From the human T2T-CHM13v2.0 reference genome, Homo sapiens, in assembly GCF_009914755.1 (NCBI RefSeq), contig NC_060933.1: a DNA stretch of 64,000 nucleotides. The stretch is one strand, 5' to 3'. Made by a program: the position numbers and the translations under genes. Shown piece by piece: positions 44,201 through 58,680 of the stretch; within the stretch, counting starts at the first letter, position 1, and every line of letters begins with the position of its first letter. Under the pieces are notes generated by a model. That model searched no databases, had not been told where the DNA came from, and saw only the letters and a list, made by a program, of their open reading frames with translations.

Positions 44201-44519
44201 CACACTGCCACTGTTAGTTGAGCTATAAGTAATATTTTTATATTGAACTATTTTACACATGTAATTAAAGCAGTTACTTTGGGTTCTTTTATGTGCAAGA
44301 AAAGGATTGTATGCTTTTTGGCCTCAACTTTTTAATTGGTCTATTGCAGTTATCGTTGTGTTGCAGTCTTTTAAAATATAATCTCAAACTGTGCGTGCAT
44401 AATAGATGTGAAGGCTCTTTGATTACTTTGGGAGTACATTTCAGCTATTCTCTAAGTTCTCTTTTTGCTCCTTGTAATGGTTCCACAGTTTCCCTTCTTA
44501 CTTTCTCCTTTTGATGCTT

Positions 44520-45240
44520 CCCTTCCTTGTACTCCACTGAAACTGCTCTTGCCAAGGTCACCAAAGATTTCCTTGCTACCAAATCCAGTTGGCATTCCTC
44601 AACTCTGCCTTTTTTTTTTTTTAACATTTTGAATTGATTGATTGATTGTATAGATGGGGTCTCATTATGTTATCCAGGCTGATCTCGGACTCCTGGTCTC
44701 AAGTTATCCTCCCACCTTAGCCTCCCAAGGCAAGGCTGGGATTACAGGTCAGTCTTCATGTTACATGACAACTCTGTAGCCCTGTTAAAATTTTCTCCTC
44801 TCTTGACATCTCCATACTATCAGCTTTTCCTCTTGCCTCCCTGCTTCACCTTCTCAGCATTTTTTTTTTTTTGATTCCTTCTTGTCTGGCTGGCCCTTAA
44901 ATTTTGGTGCTCTTCTAGATTCTGCCTCCAGCATTGTTCTTACTATATATGCTCTTTCTGGGTAATCTTTCCCTGTCTTAAAATTGGTGACTCCCAGATC
45001 CATATATTGAGTCCAGATTTCTATCCACAGATTTCTGTGCATGGGCGCATTTGCCTAAATGCCCACTGGCAGTCTCTCCTGGGATGACCCATAGGCAACT
45101 AAACTGCAATATGCCCCAAGCTGAACTCACCCTGTCTCTCTTGTGCCAAACCACTGAGTGAATGACACCATCTTCCTTTCAGTTGCTAATTCCAGAAACC
45201 AAGAAATCACACATAGCCATGTCCCAGTCTCTTACCAAAT
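44520..45240 (+). mobile_element. L2 fragment with a nested Alu left monomer (about 44609-44750, minus strand)
   Basis: ccactgaaactgctcttgccaaggtcacca and ggtgactcccagatccatat. Confidence 0.7.
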
Positions 45241-45324
45241 CCCATTGGTTCTATTATATATTCTCAATGGATTTCATGGCCAGTTGCTCTTTATTCATAT
45301 CACTGTGTACAGCCAGTGTCAGAC

Positions 45325-45530
45325 AGCCTTTTGAGTGCTTTGTATGTGTAAACTACTTTTCACAATGACCTAATGAGGTGGGAGTACTGTTATCATCCCC
45401 ATCTTACAGATGAGTTAACTGAGATTCAGAGAGGTAAATTAACTTGTCCAAGGTCACACAACTGGTAAGTTGTAGGGGGTGTCCCCCAACTCCCATCCAC
45501 AATAGGTTATATTTACTTGAAAGATCCATG
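45325..45530 (-). mobile_element. MIR
   Basis: ccccatcttacagatgagttaactgagattcagagagg...ccaaggtcacaca. Confidence 0.8.
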
Positions 45531-47113
45531 ATCTTGCTGCTGTTACAGGCTGCTCCAGTGCCCCTCAAACTTGATTATGCATAAAAATCACTTGAGCAGT
45601 TTGTTTAAAACCCGTGTTCTGATTTGGCATATCTGGAGTGGGCTGAGTAGTGTGCATTTTTTACAAGCTTACATTTTGAAAGTGACTTTTAATTCCTTAT
45701 GTGTTTCTTATTTAGACTCTTGAAGAAATACAAGTAAGAAAAGAACAGGATGTTTGCTTCTATGTAGTCCTTCTTTTGTGTGACATTGGTATCATTTCCT
45801 CTTTCCTTGAGCTTCTGGCACTTTCTCTTGCTCTCCCTGACTTCTCAAAAATTCCATTTAACAAATTCTTGATAAGATTACATCTAGTGTGTCCGTGTCC
45901 TCAGATGTAATTAACCTAATCCTGGGAGCTTTGATTTCCTTAATGCTGTAAAGAGTACTTTCCCTAATGTACAGCTCTGGCAACATCATCTTTATGCATT
46001 CAAGCAAACAAATTCCTGCTGTAATAACAACAGCAAACCTTCAGCATCTCTTTTTTGCTTATGAAATAAAGTAGGTAGTCTTCAGCTTGACAGTTAAGGC
46101 TTTCTGCAGTCTTGCTCCAACCTATCTCTGAGCCTTACTTAGCTCATGTGGCCCATGATCCAGCAAACGGACCTTTACCCACCATTGCCCAGGCCTGAGA
46201 CTTCCTTATACTTTTTCATCGTTCTAGAATGCCCTCTTGAAATATGCCTCTGTTGAGTGTCATTTTTTCCATGCAGCCTTACCTGATTCCCCTATGGGAA
46301 AGTCATCTTTCACTATCTAGAACCCCACAATTGTTTGCATTTCTCTATGGTACCTGTCATATTTTACATTGTCATTATTTGTGGGCATTTTTTACCTGTC
46401 CTAGTAGGCAGAGATTATGGTGCTTTTGTTATTGTATCCCCAGCAGTACTTGGCTCAGTGCCAGACATCCACAAATCAGCTAGAAGATGAGTTTTGCCAA
46501 AAATCTCTCTAATAAATTCTTTTTTCTTAAATTTTTTATATTACTTCATAGTATTTTTGTGTGTATGTGCATGTGATGCTGATATACTTTTTAATATATT
46601 TTTCCGATTATGAAAGGAATACATAGTCATTATAGAAAATTTGAAATATACTGAAAAGCACAGAGAAGAAAATTAAATTCATGTGTAATCCTACAAATAA
46701 TCACTATTACGATTTAGTACACATCGATTTAGTAATTAAATTTGTATACAAAATGGGTTTATGTATTTTATTGGGCTTCTTTACTTAAAAACAAAGTATA
46801 GTCTTTTTAGGCATAAAGTTGTCTTCCATAAATGACTTCATCTCCTTATATGCAAATCTCTTTTTTCGTCTTCATGTGTAATTGCATTGGCTATGACCTC
46901 CAAAGCAACCATAAATAGCAATAGTTGCAGGTGTCCTTGTCCTGGAGTTTCAGGTAAGTTTTTAAGGCTGTACATGAGGGTATCTTTTCTTAATCATTAC
47001 ATATCTGAGCATGTCTCTGATTCATAGCTTTCACAAGAACAACTTTACCTGCTTTTAAGTGTCTGAGTCATCACCTTTTTCCTTTAAAACTTCACAAATG
47101 TTGATCTGTTATC

Positions 47114-47575
47114 GTGTTAGTTTCCTAGGCCTGCTGTAAGAGTTTATCACAAACTGGGTGGCTGGGTCACTTAAAACAACAGAATTCTATTCTCTTACAG
47201 TTCTGGAGGCTAACAGTTCAAAATCAAGATGTAGCAGGGCCATCCTCCCTCTGAGGGCCGTGGGGAAGAATCCTTCCTTGCCTCTTCTAGTTTCTGGGGT
47301 TGCGGCGGCAATCCTTAACCCCCTTTGGCTTGTAGCTGCGTCACTCCAGTCTCTGCCTCTGTTATCACATCGCCTTCTCTCTGTGTCTCTGTATCTGAAT
47401 CACCCTCTCTTTTTCTCTTATAAAGACATCAGTCATGGGATTTAAGTCCTACCTGAATCCAGTAGGACCTTATATCAACAAATTACATCTGCAAAGACCC
47501 CATTTGCAAATAAGATTATATTCTCAGGTTCCAGGTGGACCTGAATTTGGGGGGGGACACTATTCAACCAGTACA
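47114..47575 (-). mobile_element. MaLR solo LTR (MLT1C-like)
   Basis: ttagtttcctagg...cttaaaacaacagaa...cagttctggaggct...aattacatctgcaaagacc...ggggacactattcaacc. Confidence 0.8.
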
Positions 47576-50500
47576 GTTACCTTTTGCCCTTTAGTGTTCT
47601 GAAGAGAAATCTGAGCCAGTTCCAATTCAGTTTCTTTCTTGGTGACCTTTCCTGGCTGGGTTTTTCTTACATTTTTTTTTTCTTTTCATCTTTCATTTTT
47701 TACATGTTTTCCATAATTTATCTGCACCTTTGTATTTTCATTAATTTTCCTTAAAACATTGCACCTCTGGGATTCTTAGATCCAGTCCTTTAATCAAGGA
47801 TGAATATTTTCTTCTGTTATATCTTTGATTATTGCTTGTTTTTTCCCCTAAAATGGTAAAGACCATTTTCTCTGTCCTCCATGACTGTCTTTTCTTTCTT
47901 TTTATTTTCATTTTGTTTTGTTCCTTTCCATTCTATAATCAGCATCTAAAATGATGGAGATATTACTGTTTTAGTTCCCTAAAATTAACATTTTGTTTTC
48001 CTCCTCCAGTGAAGATTTTAATCCTACATTTGCATTTTTTCATCCTTTTTTATCTCACCCACTTGCACAAGGTTTCTACACTATTGCAAAGAGCTCATGT
48101 CTTCTGTCTCCCTGAGGACAGCAATGGCTATTCTGAAATTTTATTTTGGTTTCATAGTAAAGATGGTTAAAGGTATGCTTCCCTCTTTTAGTTTTCAGGA
48201 TTATGTGTAGCATTTTTTCATAGCCCCCATTTTTTTTTGTTTTGTTTTCATTTTTGTTTTACTTCAAACAAAAACAAAGAGCTATTCAGACCTTTTTTTC
48301 AACATTCAGAATGTATAACTGGCTCTCAGCTATCATTGTTCATTTGGGACTGTAGCTTCTCTGAGTTAAACAACTGGCTGGCTGGAGATTATACAAAGCT
48401 CCTTGATCAATTTCCAGGGTCTAGTTGGTGTTTATCTTATAAAGCTCTGCTGGAGTGAGATAGGATATTCTCCTGTGCTTGGCTTTTTGCTGCTCTGTAC
48501 CAGCGGCTCTAGAATTTATACATAACAGGGGCTTAGGAACTACCAGTAGCAGTCTGGTTGAAAGAGGCGTATTGAAGTAATGTTTGCTTAGCTCTTTACA
48601 TAAGCCTGAGAAAATGCCAGCTGTCTAGATCAAAAAACAGGATGCAGATTGTGAAGAGGTTAAATCTCCCCCAGCCCCTTGGCATGTTGGGGAAACTAAA
48701 CTCCCTGGGATGCTCTGCCCTCAGGACTCTCCATGTCTCGCTCCCTACCTGGGGCACTTGGTTTATGAGGACCACATTCTCTAAGATGGACTCACTCTCC
48801 CTCCCTACTTCTTGCCCAGTGTTTTCTTGTCATGAAAAAGAGGTGCTTGTACGAGTGAGGCTACCTCAAAATGCAGTGTCCATGCAGTAAAAAGATGATT
48901 CCTAGTGTTTTATTCTTACTCTTCTGAAAGACCCAATGTCTCTTAGCTAAAATTAGATGGTGTGGGGAAGATTAAAGTGCCTTCCAACCTTCCATAATTA
49001 CCACAGATTTGTTCTGTTCCAAGCAACAAAGCCAGACACCAAATACGTTTCTCGATTCTTCTCCATTGGCCGTATAGTAAGTAGAAAATGTCTTGATATT
49101 TTGGACGTAGAATTGCCAATCATTCCTTCTTAATATTCAAAGGAGTTGTCATCATTTGTGGTGAATTTTCACAAGTCTTTTACTGGGAAATGGAGTATCA
49201 GGGACTACTGTTCAGATATGATTTTAATTAGAAAGCCAAGACAGGTATATTTTGAGCTGGAAAGCTACATGACAGTGCTTATCCTGAATTGCCTCATGTT
49301 TCTCAGTAAAATAGCAGAAAGGTCATCTGTTAGGAGAAAGGGTGTTTCTGTAGTGGTAACATGTGACAGATAAGGTGGAGGATGTGATGGGAAGTACAAA
49401 AATAATGGCTCAGAAGATTGGATGGTGGTGAGGATCTAGCCATAATCAAATAGCATGAGCATGTTGTAGGCCTGGTCAGATGGAAACTCTTCTTTGAACA
49501 CAGAAAAAGAGTGAGAGTTCAGTTGGCAGGGTGTGAGCGAGTGACTTGACTTGGTGGCACGAGGAGGAGTGAGCAGCATGCCAGATATGTGGGGTGGTAA
49601 GTGCAGCCTGATTAACCACAGATCCCCAGATAGAACCCATGCCAAAAAGAGCCCGAGTGGGTTATGAGGTAAGGTAGGTCCCATGATGCCACAGCTGTGC
49701 CAGTGAGAAGGAGAGGATGCTGTTGGAGTTAGGAATGGATGGCAGAGCCATGGAGTTGGGAGGTATTCGATTTGAAAAGACAGAAGAATATGAGCTCAGG
49801 CTGTCAGATCAATCATAGCGATGGGTGTTGAGTTTGCTGAGGACAGGGGCCAGGGACAAGGATGATAAGAAAAGTCTGAGTCCAGATCCAGGGCCTTGGT
49901 GGCTCTCCTCCAGCCAACATTTATCCTCTTGGCTGGGGAATCTGCCTGCCACCTGGTTGGTTCTATATGCGCCATGGTGCTCTCAGCACCCAGCTGCCCA
50001 GCTGCCCAGTCACCCGGATCTCCCTGTCCCCCGGCACAGGCAGAATAGGATCAAGGTGAGGAGTGGGAGGAGGAGAAAAAAACCTACCCCTTCCCCCTAC
50101 TCTGGTCCTCACACTGGCTCCTTCTCCCTTGCCTTTCCCTGCAGGCACAGAAGTGGACTAAAAGAGACCAGGAGACAGGCCCCAGGGCAGCACTCAGCAG
50201 TGAGGGGATGGCTCATTCTACCCATGTTTATGCCTTTTCTCACCCCCTCTTTTTGATGCAGACATTTAAACTTTTCTTTCTTCCTTTCTGAATAGTAGTA
50301 CTTTCTAAGTCAGGGATGTGTCTGTGTCTGTGTCTGTCTGTAATTTGCATGTGCAGGGTCAAATGGATCTGCTTTCTTGACCAGTATTTGCAGTTTAAAT
50401 AAACCAGCTTATGTTGGAAATCATTTCTCAAAGATCCTATACATCTTCCAGAATAAATTGCATTATAGCAATGCAACCTTCCCCAGTTCCCCCAGGCAGA

Positions 50501-50829
50501 GTTGGTCTCTCCAGTGTCTGTCCCCTGTTCTTTTGTCTGTTGTTATGGCATTTAACCAGGTTGTGTTGTGATTTATCTGATTATATGTATGTGTGTCTCT
50601 TACTCCCTCTAGGATTTGCAGTCCTCTAGGGCAGGGATCATGTTGGATTTATCTTTGTCCAGCAGTTAGTACAGGCCCTGAAAAAAATGGTTTCAGTAAT
50701 GTTTGCTAAATGGACAAATATTTAAACAGATCTTCCAAGAGTTTAAATGTAGCATAAAGTGGCTTAATCATGCTAATCAGAGCATTTTATATTAATCACT
50801 ATCATATTACTACAATATATATTATAGCA

Positions 50830-51075
50830 TTATAACATTTATTGAGCACTTATTATGTCCAGGTACTATTCTAGGCTCGTTATACATTTTACATTATTAA
50901 ATCCTCACCACAAGCCTAGAAGTAGGTACAGTCATTGTCCCCATTTTAGACATAAGGAAACTAAAATTTAGAGAGGAAAAATTCAGTGATTTTCCCAAGG
51001 TCACATGGCTAACAAGTATGGAAGTGAGATTTGAACCTGGTCAGTTGAGCCCCAAAACCCATACTCATAAGCCCT
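50830..51075 (-). mobile_element. MIR
   Basis: aacatttattgagcacttattatgtccagg...cccaaggtcaca...gatttgaacc. Confidence 0.85.
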
Positions 51076-51717
51076 CATTTTAAAGAAAGGGGATCTAGGA
51101 GAAAATATTACATATTATGCTTAAGGATGTACTTTACATAATCTTTTTGAGTTTTTTTTCTAAGTAAAAATATTGTTCCTGTGATTTATATACCTGAATG
51201 CCAAGTACACAGTGCATGCTGAACAGAGATCATAGGGAATACCAGCACTGATTTAGAATGGAAACAAGCACCAACCCAGTGAAACAAAGCAGTAAAATAA
51301 ATGAGGAAGTGCTTTTTGTTTTTGAAAAATTACATATTTGTATTAATCTAAGAAAGATCCTCATTTAATAATTGCCTACAATTTGAAACTAATAATGTTT
51401 TTATTTATAGTTAATAACATTTTATGCTTTCTATTTAAAAAAATTAATTTGTTAAGTTCTACAAACAAGTATTCTTGCTTGGATCTTATTTTTTTTCCTG
51501 AGATAAAACATCTAATATATTGAACACTGTTCAGTGTTAAATGAAACAGTTAGTTTTGCTGAGATTAGACCAAGGCCTCCACTCAGGATGTTAAATCACA
51601 TGAATTTTCACTACTTAACTAACTGAATGGGAAACCAATTTGATTTGGGTCACCCAGAGCTGCATGAATGTCCAGCATGTCATTATACATAAAAATATGT
51701 ATAATTGGACAGGGTTG

Positions 51718-52214
<497 letters not shown>

Positions 52215-52537
52215 AGAACTCAGAAGTAATCACTCACAGTGCCTGGCAGATCCTAGCCAAATGATCACTTAAGTCGTTTTGTTGTTGTTGTTGTTTGTTT
52301 GTTTGTTTCCTTTTTCTCCCTCCTGGACACGGTCTTCCTCAGAATCTGAGTATTTGGTGTATGACCATAGCAGAGATATAAGACCAAATAAAGTTTAAAA
52401 AATCCTGTCCTCTTTTCTTAGCATTAGTGATGTTACACATACATGTTAATACCCTTTTCCTAAACATATCCATCAAAATGAATGCAAAAGATCTGGTGTC
52501 TCTTCTCAAAGGAAACTGCCCCACTTTTCTGTGAGTG

Positions 52538-52581
52538 TGTGGCTCTTATGTGGCTCTCATGTGGCTCTCGTGTAGCTCCGG
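52538..52581. repeat. 11-bp minisatellite, 4 copies (TGTGGCTCTYR)
   Basis: tgtggctctta, tgtggctctca, tgtggctctcg, tgtagctccgg. Confidence 0.9.
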
Positions 52582-53194
52582 TGTGGAGCATCAGATCCTT
52601 CACCTCCTCAGAAGATGCTCTGGGCCAGGGCTGCCTTTGTGGGGCAGTGTTGTGACAAGATCTTCAGTTTTGCAACTAGCTTTTGGTCTACTCAGATTTC
52701 TTTCTTAAAATATTTTTCATTGTGTATGTTTTCCTAGAAAATTTGCCATTTCATTGAACTTTTTGATGATATTGGCATAATTTCATATAGAATGAATGAA
52801 TATAATTTCATTCTCTTAATCTTTTAGAAATCTCTTTCTTCTTAGTGGTTCTATTTTCTTTATTATCACTATATGTATTTGTCTTTGTTCTTTGCTTTTT
52901 AAAATCAGACTTGCCTTGGAGTATCTTGGATATGTTAATCAATTATACTATCTTTCTAGTTTTATAATTTCTGCTCTGATCTTTTATTGATTCCTTTCCC
53001 CTGCTTTCCTTGGGTTTATTTCATTGTTCTTTTTTTATCTTCTAGTGGTTAATGCTTAGTTCATTGTTTTTATCCTTTTTTGTTTGATAATAAAAGCATT
53101 GAAAATGTGAATTTTTCTGTAAATATAGCACCTATCACATTATGTGTTTTCATATGTACTGTTCTTATTGTTGTTCACATCTGAATAGTATCTA

Positions 53195-53306
53195 ATTTTA
53201 CTATTCCTATTTGACTCAAGAATTTATATAAATATATGCATATAAATAAATTTATACATGCATATATACATATATAAATTCTTGAGTCAAATAGGAATAG
53301 TAAAAT
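53195..53306. repeat. Perfect 36-bp inverted repeat with a 40-bp spacer
   Basis: attttactattcctatttgactcaagaatttatata (53195-53230) is the exact reverse complement of 53271-53306. Confidence 0.97.
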
Positions 53307-53330
53307 AAATTTATATATGCATATATTTAA

Positions 53331-53470
53331 AGAGATGGGATATCACTGTGTTGCCGAGGCTGGAGTGCAGTGGCTATTGATAGGTGTGATCATGGCACAC
53401 TATATCACTGAACTCCTGGTCTCAAGCGATCCTCCTGTTTCAGCCTCCCAAGTAGCTGGGACAATAGGCA
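53331..53470 (-). mobile_element. Alu-family monomer (FAM/FRAM-like)
   Basis: gagatggg...caggctggagtgcagtggctatt-type sequence, ending cagcctcccaagtagctggga. Confidence 0.75.
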
Positions 53471-53635
53471 CAATAGGCTGAGATGCATATTTTCTGATTT
53501 TCAGTTTTTAAAATCCTTTTGATACTAATTTCTTATTCAGTTGCATTATGCTAAAAATGACCTGTACAATTTTATAGAATATTTTAGAAGTTTTTTATTT
53601 TATATTGTTCTGTAGAACTTTTTCTTCCTTTTCTG

Positions 53636-53930
<295 letters not shown>

Positions 53931-55325
53931 TTAAAGTTTACTAGATATTTTTAAAGGTGTGTATTCTCTGTACCTTGATACAGTCCATATATGTCTATTA
54001 AATCATGTTTATTAAATTTATGATTTGATTCCGCTATAAATCCATACTCATTTTTGCCTTGACCTATCAGAGAGAAATGTACTAAAATTTCCCATTACAA
54101 TTATAATTTCATAAACTCTTCTTTCTAGTTATAATAGTTTTTGTTTTATAGTGATATGTTGTTACTCATTACATAAATGTTTATAGTTATATTTTGGAGA
54201 TGGGTGGTTCTAATTATCCATATAAAATAACATTTTTTATTTGATGTCTTTTTCTCCTAAGTTCTACTTTGTGATTTCATTATTCCCTTACTTTCTTTTT
54301 GTCCCAATTTGCCTAGAATATTTTTTACTTTGCCTTTCTTTTTCATGATTGCTTTATTGTATTTAATATATTTCATTTATGTTACCGATCAAGTCTTTTT
54401 TGTTTTAGTAGGGAAATGTAACCAATTCATATTTATTAAAACATCTGTGCTGTTCTGTTTACCTTTAGGAGAAGTTCCAGGCTCCTCTTTATCCACTTCT
54501 CATTTTATCCCTCCCTCTCACTCCATCCTTCAGGAGTGCAGATCTGGATTGATCAGATTAGATAACATCTTACTAAGTACTAAACTCCTGGATAGACAGA
54601 GCTATATTTGCAAAGGTCAGAGCACACATGCAAACATGCAAAAGTCTCTTTTCTGGACTCTTCTCCCAGAAGAATAACAAAGGGCTGGATGCATTCCAGT
54701 GTGAGAGGAGACCTAACCAACTCCCTCCTCTTTGCTGGCTTTGGAGGGGTAAGATCTCAGACTGCCTTCCTGTCTTCTTTCTTTCTACACCATGTAGGCT
54801 GATCTACCTTCACTAGTAGTTCTCCTTTAGTCTTGGTCTCACTCATTAGTAGAGAACCTTGCTAGAGAGGGTGGTTAGTGTAGGAGATGATTTGTTTATT
54901 CCTGTGTTCTGTTCTCTGCCCAAGGACCACTTTCGTAACACCCCAGTCCATTCTTTACAGTTTTTCCCAGATATGTTCTCTGTTTTTCATAATCATTTTC
55001 CTCTATTTGTCTCAAACTGATATTCTGATTTACTCTTTACGGGCATTTTCTTCTCAGTTCTAGTTTTTGGTTCACCATGGTCACTACATTTTGAAATTCA
55101 GTAATTACACTTTTCATCTGAAAGCTGATTATAGATTGTCCCATTTTCATAGATTCAATATGCTCCCAAATTATTACCATAATTGGAAATTTTCAAAAAA
55201 TTCCTTGGACTTTTTGTAGTAAATCTGTCTTGTAGAACATTTTCTCTGATATTTCAGATTTTACATTTTATACTATCAACTTATCATAGGATCAATGATT
55301 ATTCTCTTGATTCTTCCTTATTGGG

Positions 55326-55720
55326 TGTATTAGTTGGCTTAGAACGTCACAGTGCGGTAAAAAACAACAAGTTTATTTCTCTCTCATATGCAGCCAGGAA
55401 CTCTAAGTGGGTGGTGGGTCTGCACCACACATTCAGGCTCAAGAAAATCTGCTGTCTTCAACATGAATTTCCAGATCCCTCTGGTCATTGGGGTTCTAGC
55501 CAGTGGAGAAGGAAAAAGTGCATGGAAGAGGTACCTCCCCTCTCCTAAAGGGCCTGGGTCCATATATGTACCCAGGTGAGCTTTGGCCCACCTTCAAGTG
55601 GAATTAATTCAGTCAAATGGCCACCTCTAGGGAAATGGGGTCTAGCTTTGTGTCCAGCTATGATTCTGCACTGTGACAAATGGCGAGAGTGGATTTTGGT
55701 GGCAGCTGGAGCTCTGTACC
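55326..55720 (-). mobile_element. MaLR LTR (MLT1I/J-like)
   Basis: tgtattagtt...aacaacaagtttatttctctctca...gtcaaatggccac. Confidence 0.5.
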
Positions 55721-56464
55721 ATCTTAATGAATTGAGGGAGAGGGCTTCTAGGTTGTGCAGTTTTGACATTTAGATGGGTTCTGATAGAGATTGTGTCATT
55801 CCTGAGCCAAATCTTCTCCCAAAAAAAGAAAGTGTAGATTTTTTATAGTTGTAATTGGCCAGATCAAAGGTTTGTGAGGACAATAGAAAGAAAATGGACA
55901 GAGACAGCTACCTGATAATCAGCTTCTGTACTGCGTTAAAAAGATTTTCTTCCTGAAGTGTTAGTTTTTTCATTCCCCAGTTTGCTGGGGCACTTTCTCC
56001 TTTCACAGCAGCTGACGTACTGGTCTTCATCAGGCCCCAGCCACCACAGCCCCCTCTGCTTTAGTTAGCAAGCTGTGTGAGCCAGCCGGGCTTGGGGGAC
56101 ACTGAGACTGCCACTCTGTGCTGGCCCTGAGTGTGACCAGTAGGATCTCCTGCCCACCTACTGCCCTCCCACCCATGCTCTCCTCAGGCAGGTCCTGCCA
56201 GCATGAGCTCAGGGTGTTGGTGTGAACCTGCATGGTTTGATTAAGTTACTGCCCAACCGACTTTCCCCAGCCTGTGGTGCTTCCGGTTATCTGGCCTGCC
56301 CTTCACTTTGGCCTTTCCTTCATGATAGAGCTGGTAGAATTTCTTTGACATTTCTTGCATGATTAATGAACCTTCTCTGCTTTCCAGGGCCAGTATAGGT
56401 CTTACCCCTGTTTTTATATCCCTTTGGCCATTTGCAATAGAAATTTGGCATTCATCTATTCCCA

Positions 56465-57035
56465 TATTTCTTGTTTATGAATATTTAATGAGACCGATAC
56501 TGTGTCAGGTGTTATGCTTAGCTCTGGAGATGCAGTGGTGAGAACAAGTAAATGTAGTTGCTGTCTTTTGAAGTTTGCTGGAGAGCGGAGAGAGCGCCTG
56601 AGGAAAGACAGGTGGGAACCAAATAATCATGCAGAGAAATGTAAATCACAACTCTGCAGAGTGCCCCAAAAACTGACAACAGGGTCATCTTCCCAGGCAG
56701 TGGGTCAGGGAAGGTATACAGAAGGAGGGGGACTTTGGTAGAACTGAAGGATGAGTAGTAGGGTTTTTTAGGGGAAGGTGAGAAAGGAGGGCCTTCCAAG
56801 CCAGGAAGTCCCAAGCATGTGTCCTTCGGTGAGAAGAAGTGGGGATGCTGGAATAGAGGTGGGATTGTGGCACAGTCATATTTGCAGTTTGCATAATCAC
56901 CCAGGCTGCAGGCTTCGTTGTGAGGAGCCGCTTGGAGAGGAGCAGTGGTAGATGGGTGTATAGACTCAGTAGGAGGTGGTTGTGGTCATCAAGGTGACAG
57001 ATGATGGTGACTTGAATGAAGATGGGGATGGTGAA
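56465..57035 (-). mobile_element. L2 fragment
   Basis: aatatttaatgag...tactgtgtcaggt...ggagatgcagtggtgagaa and gatgatggtgacttgaa. Confidence 0.65.
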
Positions 57036-57679
57036 ATGGTAACGGTGATAGTCAAACCCATTAGCATGAGCTCTGTCTTTATGGATTTCATGAGTTCAAA
57101 GGGAGCTGAATTTCTTTTTACCATCAAATCGTTAAATTTGTTCTTCCTTTTTTTCTTGAACTTTTTAAGCAAGACAAGCAATATGCTTCCTGTTCTAAAC
57201 TCAACAAATGAAAAGAGCATTATTACGTATGCCTGTGTCTAAAATATAGTGTTTTATGATGTTTAATTTATATTTTTATATGAATGAATGACTATCAGCT
57301 CTTCTCCCAAGCCTTCGACTCCTAGATGAGACTAGTTATAGTCAGGACTGTCTCTAGCAACCTCTATTTTAAGGGTAACAAGTAAGGGGAGGGTGTGTCC
57401 CACGTCTTTATAGACCTATGTCAGACATTATTAATTGATCATAGTGCTCTTTTCTTGCCAAGTCCAGATGTCATCTCAGAATGCTTCTCCCAAAGCCCTT
57501 GAGGCAGCCTATACCAGTAACACTCTACCTGAAATCTACTTGCTTTTCCCTCTATTTTAACAGTGAGTAGAAACCCACAAAGAAGCTGTTGATGCTGAAT
57601 CCTCTATACTTCCCCTGTGAAAACGGCAGTGACCCTATGATATCTAAATTTATCTTTCTCTTGTACTTTAAAATTGGCC

Positions 57680-58287
57680 TCTGTAAAGTTAGAGACAGTC
57701 CACCAGATTACCCTCACTTCTGACACCAACTACTACAGCGTTCAGGAGTCCCCAAGACCACTCTCAGGTTTGATAGTTTGCTAGAAGGACTCACAGAATT
57801 CACTAAAAGCTTCTAAGCTCACTTATGATTTATTACAACAAAAGGATACACATTAAGATTAGCCAAGGGAAGAGGTGCATGGGACAGAGTTCGGGAGAGT
57901 TCCATTGCAGAGCTTCCCATTGTCCTCTCCTGATGGAGTTGTAGACAGCATTAACTCCTCCTGGCGATGATGTGTGACAACATCAGCACCGAGTGGAATG
58001 TTGCTCATCAAAGAAGCTCACCTGAATTGCGGTATCCAGAGTTTTTAGCAGGGCTTGATCCCATAGATGTGGTTGACCACCCACGTGGCTGACCTGAGCC
58101 TTCACCCCTCAGAGGTAGAGCTGATACTGTGTGACCCAAAGCCCTCACTATAAATCAGTGTGGCTCAGAGCCCCTAAGTAATCAGACACTAACACAGGTC
58201 ATTCCCAGGTCTTAGAGATCACCTCCCAGAAGCTGAGGGCAAAGGCTAGACCTCTGTTTGGACAAGTTGAAATTCATGACTACACAG
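57680..58287 (-). mobile_element. MER21-family LTR
   Basis: cacttctgacaccaac...ccccaagaccactctcaggtttgata...gctagaaggactcacagaa...aggatacacatt. Confidence 0.8.
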
Positions 58288-58469
58288 CCTCTTGGGCTCA
58301 TCCTCAGTTTAGCGAATAGTGTAATGATCTGATGTCATCAAAAAAACATTTGCTTTTAGAAATTATTTTGCAGGAGAAAGATGAAATATAAAAACTGAAC
58401 CTAATCACGGACATTCTCTGGAAGATGGTTAGGGAGGGTGGTGGTTAGATGAGGACAATGGGTTTCTGG

Positions 58470-58680
58470 GGTCTGGCTACCTCTGTTCACATCCCAGCTC
58501 TACCTGTACTAACTAGTTAAGTGACTGTAGCCCGTTATTTTACCCTTCTCTGCCTCAGTTTCCTCGTTCATAAATGAGAATAATAATAATACCTACCTTG
58601 TGTTATTATGAGAATTAAACGAGATAATACATATTAAGAGCAAAAGAATGCATGGCATTCAACAAATACCAGATACTGTT
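58470..58680 (+). mobile_element. MIR
   Basis: ctctgcctcagtttcctc...taataatacctacct...gagaattaaacgagataat. Confidence 0.8.

Noticed and set aside
49825-50256. Longest ORF in the track (143 aa)
   Set aside because: Non-ATG start, no domain resemblance, no supporting splice structure. A length like this is plausible by chance in 64 kb.
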